Of a DNA stretch of 64,000 nt, positions 55,372 through 64,000 are shown piece by piece. Source of the stretch: Eledone cirrhosa. Its lineage: Eukaryota. A model generated the notes under the pieces. That model was not told where the DNA came from. It searched no databases and saw nothing but the letters and a program-made list of their open reading frames with translations. The stretch is taken from positions 62,001-126,000 of the forward strand of contig CAXHJY010001750.1 in NCBI GenBank assembly GCA_964016885.1. Reading direction: 5' to 3'. A program made the position numbers and the translations under genes. The stretch's first letter is position 1; each line of letters opens with the position of its first letter.

Positions 55372-55807
55372 TTACAGGGTTGTGTCACGGGGCTAAGACA
55401 GTTTAAAAAAGGGTACTTAATACATTGGTAGAGTATAGGCACCTTTATTATATATCTCATCATCATCGATTAACGTCCATCTTCCACACTAGCAGGGGTT
55501 AGACGGGCCCTATTTTGAGGCAAGTTGTGTCGGGTGACCGTGTCTCATTCATATAGAGGTGTTATATAGGACTTCTACAGGACTAAAACTGTTTCATTCA
55601 TATGAAATCACCATGAATGTGTTATATATATATATATATATATATAGAAGTTATTCCCGGGTTCAATCAGGGCTAACCACAGTAAGTAAGGTACTCAATA
55701 CATAGCAGAGTATAAATATTTAATATAGAAAATGGCTTCTACAGGATTCCTGATGATTTTTCCCGAATGAAACAGTTCTAGTCCAATAGAAGCCATTTCT
55801 ATATTAA

Positions 55808-55838
<31 letters not shown>

Positions 55839-56230
55839 CATGCAAAATATACAAGAGATCAAAGGCTAGAATGATTCGTTGCGTATACAGATAGACAGTG
55901 GTTCTACACACTACAAGTGTTGAGATATATATACAGAAACATCCACAGTGGAATGGTGGAATTGGAGGAAAGGCGTGTGGAGAGAAAGAGGAGAGGGTGT
56001 GTCTGCCGATAAGTTGAAATGTACTCCAACCTGGAAAGAAATATACATGTAAGAAAACACTGACACCACACACATACATTATTGTTGTTGTTGTTAAAGG
56101 AACACTTTGGACAAAGAATCCTTAAAGCAATATCTACATTCTTGTTTCCTTAAGTGTAGAGTACTATGCTGAATAATGGTTTTAACTAGTAACATCTCAT
56201 CTGGTAATATATGGATAGATCCAACTGTTA

Positions 56231-57530
<1,300 letters not shown>

Positions 57531-57606
57531 GAGAGAGAGAGTATCATGATTTTACCAGTTTTTAACCAGTATGACTTGTCTCGAGTCTTACATATATGTG
57601 CGTGTG

Positions 57607-57687
<81 letters not shown>

Positions 57688-58144
57688 ACATACATATAGT
57701 TACACACAGACACTTGTCCACAATAAAATATATATACTCTGCTATATTTCAGAGAAAAAAAATGGCAAAAAGGGCGGTGTTAGGATAACGGAATGTCAAG
57801 GATTGTGTATATATATATATATATATGGCGGCGGCGGTGGTGGTGGTAATGTGAAGAAACAACGTCTTATAAACAGCACACATACATACATACACACACA
57901 CACACACACTATAAACCACAGACACACATACACATACCACATACACACACACACAATCACAAACATACCACATACACACACACACTGTGTAAACATAGAG
58001 GAGACATGTCAGCACAAGTAGACACACACACGCACACATACCGGCACACATACAAACAAGGACTGGCGGAGAGAGAGGGGGGAGAGAGAGAGATCAGGTC
58101 ACAGCTGATAGAATGGGCCAGAGAGAGAGAGAGAGAGAGAGAAA

Positions 58145-58715
58145 TGGGTAAGAAAAACTAAGTTATCATCATCAATGATATAGAGAGTAAAAGAGATAGG
58201 GTGGAGGTGGAGAAAGTGTAACAAAAAAAACTAAATTATCATCATCATCATCATCATAATAAATGATATAGAGAGTGAAAGGAGAGGGTGGAGATAGAGA
58301 AAGCGTAAAAAAAAAAAACTAAGTTATCATCAGCATCGTCATAAATGATATAGAGTGATAGGAGAGAGAGGGTAGAGAAAGTGTAAGAAAAAAACTAAGT
58401 TACCATCAGCATCGTCATAAATGATATAGAGTGATAGGAGAGAGAGGGTAGAGAAAGTGTAAGAAAAAAACTAAGTTACCATCATCATCGTCATAAATGA
58501 TATAGAGTGATAGGAGAGAGAGGGTAGAGAAAGTGTAAGAAAAAAACTAAGTTACCATCAGCATCGTCATAAATGATATAGAGTGATAGGAGAGAGAGGG
58601 TAGAGAAAGTGTAAGAAAAAAACTAAGTTACCATCATCATCGTCATAAATGATATAGAGTGATAGGAGAGAGAGGGTAGAGAAAGTGTAAGAAAAAAACT
58701 AAGTTATCATCATCA
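58145..58715. repeat. 76-bp minisatellite, about 7 copies
   Basis: Unit aaatgatatagagtgataggagagagagggtagagaaagtgtaagaaaaaaactaagttaccatcagcatcgtcat recurs at 58343, 58419 and onward. Confidence 0.9.
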
Positions 58716-58966
58716 TTTCTATCATCATAAACGAAACAAATAGAGAGAAAGAGAGAGGGGCTGACGGAGGGGGGGGGGAGTAAACGCGCAGACAAGATTT
58801 AATTAAATTCCTAGTACTGGGGGTAAGTAAAAGGTGATGATGACGATGATGATGATGTGAAGATAAAATAATTAAAAAGGTTTCCTTTCCATCTACATCG
58901 TTACAATCTGTATGGTAATTGTTTAATTAAAAGCTGACCTTTATACGATATACATATGTGTGTATA

Positions 58967-59006
<40 letters not shown>

Positions 59007-59149
59007 GTGTACATACACAAACATGTGTTTATAAATAACATAAATATACACACACACACACATATATATTTATATATATGTGTGTGTGTGTCTTTGTATG
59101 TGTTTATAAATAACATATGAGTATATATGTATGTATGTATGTGTGTCTG

Positions 59150-59185
<36 letters not shown>

Positions 59186-59399
59186 TATATACACGCGCGT
59201 GCGCGCGAGACATGTCATGATCTTGGTGGTTTAAACATCAAGCTCTGTGGCTGATGTTTGGAATATAGAAAGAGGGTGGGAGATAGCAGGTAGTAAAGAG
59301 AGGGAGAAAAAACAGTGACAGAGAGAGAGAGAGAGAGAAAGTGAGTGAGAAGCTGAAAACACTTTTTATTCTCTTCTAATAGTAAAATATCCCAGGAAT

Positions 59400-59532
59400 C
59401 ACCGTCACCGTCTCCACATTTCTCCACCACCGTCACCGTCTCCACATTTCCACCACCACCGTCACCGTCTCCATATTTCCACACCACCGTCACCGTCTCC
59501 ATATTTCCACACCACCACCACCACCGTCTCCG
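59400..59532. repeat. About 28-bp tandem repeat x4-5
   Basis: caccgtcaccgtctcca(c/t)atttc(ca)cac units. Confidence 0.8.
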
Positions 59533-60963
59533 TCTTCACATTTATCCCCACCACCACCACCATCGCAATAACAATAACCGTCACTATTGTAAATCCAAAC
59601 ACCAACCATTCTAGAACCCTGTTGCCAAGGAGGAGCACTAGATGGCATTGCCCACTATTTTTCGATGATGCACCCTTAGAATTATAAAATAGAGTTTATG
59701 GGGAGAGGGGGAAGAAAAAAAAAAAAGAAAAAAAAACGTCCTGAAATACGTTCTTTGTGGAAAGATTGCCCACCCAGAATTTTCTAAAATACCTCACCCA
59801 CAAACACCAAAACTAGATGACGCCCTGCAACCACTCCAACTGGGATGAAGTCATGTCGGATTCACTGTACATAGGAAAAAAAGAGATGGTATGATTGTCT
59901 GGAACGTCTAGCACTAACCATTATCACTGTTGTTGTATTTAACGTGCAAGTGGCTGAGCATTCCACAAATACGCATACCCACAACACAGCTCCCAGGGAG
60001 ATTTGGTGTGACAGTACGATAAGATTGGTTCTCTAAATTACTACACTGAGTGGACTGGAGCAATGTGAAATAGAATCTTGTTTAAGGATACAACATGCCA
60101 TCGAGAATCAAACTCAAGACCTTATGATCATAAGTTGAACACCTTAATCACAAAGTGACATACCTTAATAGTGAGGCTTATAAACTGTAGTTAAATTTAA
60201 TTTGTGTTAAATTTTTTAATACATACTGTGTTGTACATTTAACCCTTTAGCATTTCAACCGGCCATATCCAGCCAGAATTTTCTCACCTTTTTCTGTTCA
60301 AACCGGCCATAACCGGCTGCTTTTACCAACGTTAAGGTATTGTTCTCAAAATAAATAATGTCGTCATCAAAATCTCATAAATTCGATATAATGTGAGATA
60401 AAGCCTTTACCGTAAAAATACAATAGTAATGTAAATGCTAAAGGGTGTGATAAATTTTCCTTCTTTGTAGACAAATATTAGAAAGCTTACTAAGACCCAT
60501 CCTTAGTATATATCCAGATCAAGATTGAACCCCTAGCTAGGATCTTAGCCATCAAACAACATGCCTTAACTCTTTAGCATTTACATTACTCTATATATGC
60601 TATTATATTTTCACAGTAAAGGCTTTATCTCACATAATTATCTCACCTATGAGATTTTGATATTATTTAAACATCAGTATGAGCAACCGGTTACAGCTTG
60701 TTTGAATAGAACAAGGTGAGAGAATTCTGGCTGGATATGGCCGGTTTAAATGCTAAAGGGTTAACAGAAGATCTCCAAGACAGCCATGTTTTGGTTGTCA
60801 GGTGACATAAATAGGGCATATCAAAACAAAGAGACAGTAAAATATGGCTATGATAAAATATGAACAAAGTAGACAAATTAGTTATTGATTATAGCATGTT
60901 TTAAAGTCATTTTACGCAGTTAAACCAGCCTTGAGGCTCCATGACATAGGGTTCTGTCTGGGG

Positions 60964-61146
60964 CAGTGGTTTCCAAAGTGGGTTCCGCGGAACCCAAGGA
61001 TTCCGCAGAGGAGTGTCTGGGGTTCCATGAAAAAAGTAGAAGAGTATATTTATATTAGACCATATAACAGTATTAGACTTTTGGGTTCCCTCAAAAGTTT
61101 CTGAACTAAAAAGGGTTCCGCGTTTGAAAAAGTTAGGGAAACGCCG
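60964..61146. mobile_element. hAT-type MITE
   Basis: cagtggtttcc../..gggaaacgccg termini with a near-perfect 8-bp TSD (gtctgggg / ctctgggg); internal gggttccgcggaaccc palindrome. Confidence 0.75.
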
Positions 61147-61649
61147 CTCTGGGGTAATGTTTTAGAGCCAGATGCCCTTCCTGCCACTAATCCTTTTAGT
61201 TGCCTCTTACGACACACAGAGATATGGTGTAGCTATTCTAAATTGAATACAGTCATGACTAATGGCGTATGGTTATAAACGCATAACTTCTGAACATGGC
61301 TAATACATCAAATAACTATATACATTATACAGAGTAACTATAAGCCTAATCAACTAATGAAATGAGCTTTTCTGGGTGAAGAGGTTTATCTGCCAAATTT
61401 CTAGTAACACTATCAAAATTGAGGTAGTATAATTTATATAAAGTATTGTCAAATATGTGCAGCAGAGCGTTGCTAATTAACATCACCCTCCATTGCCTAA
61501 ACTCAAAATATCATAAAATATAAGGTAACATTGTAAACATGTTTTTGTTTTCTTACTTTACTCTAACTGTCACTTCTGTATTACTAATTTGTATGGTAAC
61601 AGCTTTCCCGCCAAACAGTCATAACTATGGAAAATCTAGCACGGTTTCG

Positions 61650-62030
61650 TTCAATACTCAGTCTGGCTGCTATACAAAAATGTTGCTGCATATGGTGCTT
61701 AATGTTTCATGAAAACAGAAACTCACCAGCAGAGAATTGTATCAACAGCTTCCACCAGTAATGGAAAAGATAAGGCAGAGGAGAATGAAATTTGCAGATC
61801 ACTGTGTTCGTCACCATGAGGAGATAGCAAGTGATCTTGTTCTGTGGGAACCATTAGATAGAAACAGAAACAGGGAGAAAAGGAAAAGAAATTACATTGA
61901 TAACCTGCTGGAAGATACTAGAGTGGATAGTGTGGGAAAGCTCAGAATACTGATGATGAATAGAGAGAGAGCTTCGGAGGGCACATGTAAAGACAGATGG
62001 GTGGCCTGCCAGTCGGCATAGATTGATAGA
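61650..62030 (+). mobile_element. RTE-like LINE 3' fragment
   Basis: KIRQRRMKFADHCVRH..LVLWEP..NYIDNLLEDT, typical of an RTE ORF2 C-terminus. Confidence 0.75.
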
Positions 62031-64000
62031 TAGTTAACCTTTTTGATACAAACTCGCCCCAAAAAAGCCTCTGGTTCTATGAAACAAAGCCACCCATTTT
62101 GAAAGATTCATATTTAAATTAACAGCTCCCTCCCCTCAACATATCTGACATAAGAAACTTTTGTTAATCCTTTAGCATTTACACTACTCTGTATTTACTA
62201 TTGTATTTTCACAGTAAACACTTTATCTCACATAACATCAAACCTACAAGATTTTGATATTAATTTTGAGAACAATACCTTAACATAAATATAAGCAGCC
62301 ACTTATAGCCAGTTTGAACAGAAAAAGATGAGAGAATTCTGGCTAGACATGGCCGGTTTAAATACTAAATACCCTCTACATAATTCTCTCTAACATTTAA
62401 CAAGATCAGCAATTTGTGGAGAGAGGAAGTCAGTTGTATTTTACTGGTACTTTTTATCGATACCAGAAAGATCAAAAATAAAATTGATCTCAGAGGGATT
62501 TGAACAACCAAATCTGTCATTTTAATAATGAAATAATTTATAATTTTAGTAAATCCGCCCAGCTTCATTAACAAATTCAAATGCAGTATAGTTCACTAGA
62601 AATACGGTAATGAAAGGGTTAAATTAACAAGCCAAATTTGAAACAGTAGCCTTTTATTCCTATACACTGAGAAACATGCTGCTTTAATAGACACTAAGGG
62701 GTGTCCCACTCCTAATGGTCTAACAGTAGATTGAACACCAAGTCCCTATGTAGTATAACTGGGTGGGTGGTCTAGGAGATGACAACTCTGAGCATAAGCA
62801 CCCCACTACCTTTGAGTGCCTGTGTGTAGAGGCAAAGGCTAATGGAGTCAACCCCAAGAGTGAATAAGGTCAGAAGAGAAATCGGGCCCCACCAACCATA
62901 TGCATCACCAAGAGAATATGAAGGCACAAAATATAATTAGAAGAGAGGATATATTCAGATCTTAAGAAATTTTCATATGCCTGAGTTTGGTAAAATATCT
63001 TTCTGTTAATGCTATTGTAGCTGGAATTGTCAACAATATTCTTAAACTAACACTAACATTTGAAAATATCTCACAATGTTTGTAATTAGATACTTAACAT
63101 CCTGTAATGATTTAGCCAGGTTTGTTAATTCAAATGTTTACAGTATCTTTATTGGTAGAGAAATCATTGTGAAAATGTTCAGAATTAGAGTAAATTTTAA
63201 TTGTTTCTACTTTTGGCACAAGGCCAGCAATTATCCAGTGCATTACTGGTACTTTATTTTATCGACCCCGTAAGGATGAAAGGCAAAGTTAACCTCGGCG
63301 GGATTTGAACTCAAACCATAAAGGGGCGTAACTCTTTGCTGCAAAGCATAGCGTCAGACCCTCTACCGATACTGCCAATCCAGTAAATTTTAATGTGATG
63401 AAGTCAGAACTGTTTTGTTTAGTTATGTCATTGCTTGTTTAAACCAGCTGTATCTGGCCAGAGTTCTCTTACCTCTTTCTGTTCAAACCAGTTGTAACCG
63501 GCTGCTCATACTGATGTTAAGGGATTGTCCTCAAAACAAATAACATCAACATCTCATAGATTCAATATTATGTGAGATAAAGCCTTTACCATGAAAATGC
63601 TGCAGTACATATAGAGTAATGTAAATGCTAAAGGGTTAAAGCATAATTTTTAACTCTACAAAATACTTCAGCAATGCTGATATAGTCATTGCCTCCATCT
63701 CTCCCCATCTCTTACTATTATAAGAAAATAGGGACCCATGTTCTGGCCGCCCAGCGGACAGAATAGAGAAGGCATTTCCCCAAAGGACGGTGAGGGATAC
63801 GCTCTGGAAAAGCTATTCCAGCTCGTGAGGCTCATACCTGCAGGTAGCCAACTCTGTGTTCTTTACAAAACTATCTTGCTAATAATGCAGTTTCATGTGA
63901 TGCTGTACATTAAACCCCTTAGCATTTAAACCAGCCATATCCGGCCATAATTCTTTCACTTCTTTCTATTCAAACCAGCTGTTCATACTTATTTTAAGGT

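Noticed and set aside
56094-56230. F-box-like [10 protein letters not shown] peptide
   Set aside because: The rest of the motif is absent and there are no convincing splice sites; likely chance.
58145-58715. Regular array resembling CRISPR
   Set aside because: Whole 76-bp units repeat with no unique spacers, in a eukaryotic context with no cas genes.
63640-63698. MEAMT.. as the GRB2 start
   Set aside because: No DF or ELSF motifs; stop after 20 codons.

Overview
AT-rich, microsatellite-dense eukaryotic DNA; the repeat content (tRNA-derived SINEs, RTE LINE tails, TTAA-flanked MITEs, long (TA)n/(CA)n tracts) suggests an octopod cephalopod (inference). One host gene is clear: a divergent GRB2/drk/SEM-5-like SH3-SH2-SH3 adaptor on the minus strand. 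Four coding exons are resolved (16423-16520, 15053-15199, 13990-14170, 7720-7890). The first coding exon was not found in the window. Mobile DNA includes a degenerate GC-rich Penelope-like (Neptune-type) RT+GIY-YIG element, RTE and CRE fragments, SINE arrays and piggyBac/hAT/pogo-type MITEs. The most notable unannotated signal is several families of short, non-coding, (TA)n-inserted elements carrying type I hammerhead ribozymes (about 8 with recognisable cores plus degenerate or half copies). Several fold back into long hairpins at hammerhead stem II, and some families share a GTATTGAGTAC tail motif. Two hammerheads lie sense to the GRB2-like pre-mRNA, 289 nt apart, in its last intron. Most ORFs in the supplied track are microsatellite artefacts.
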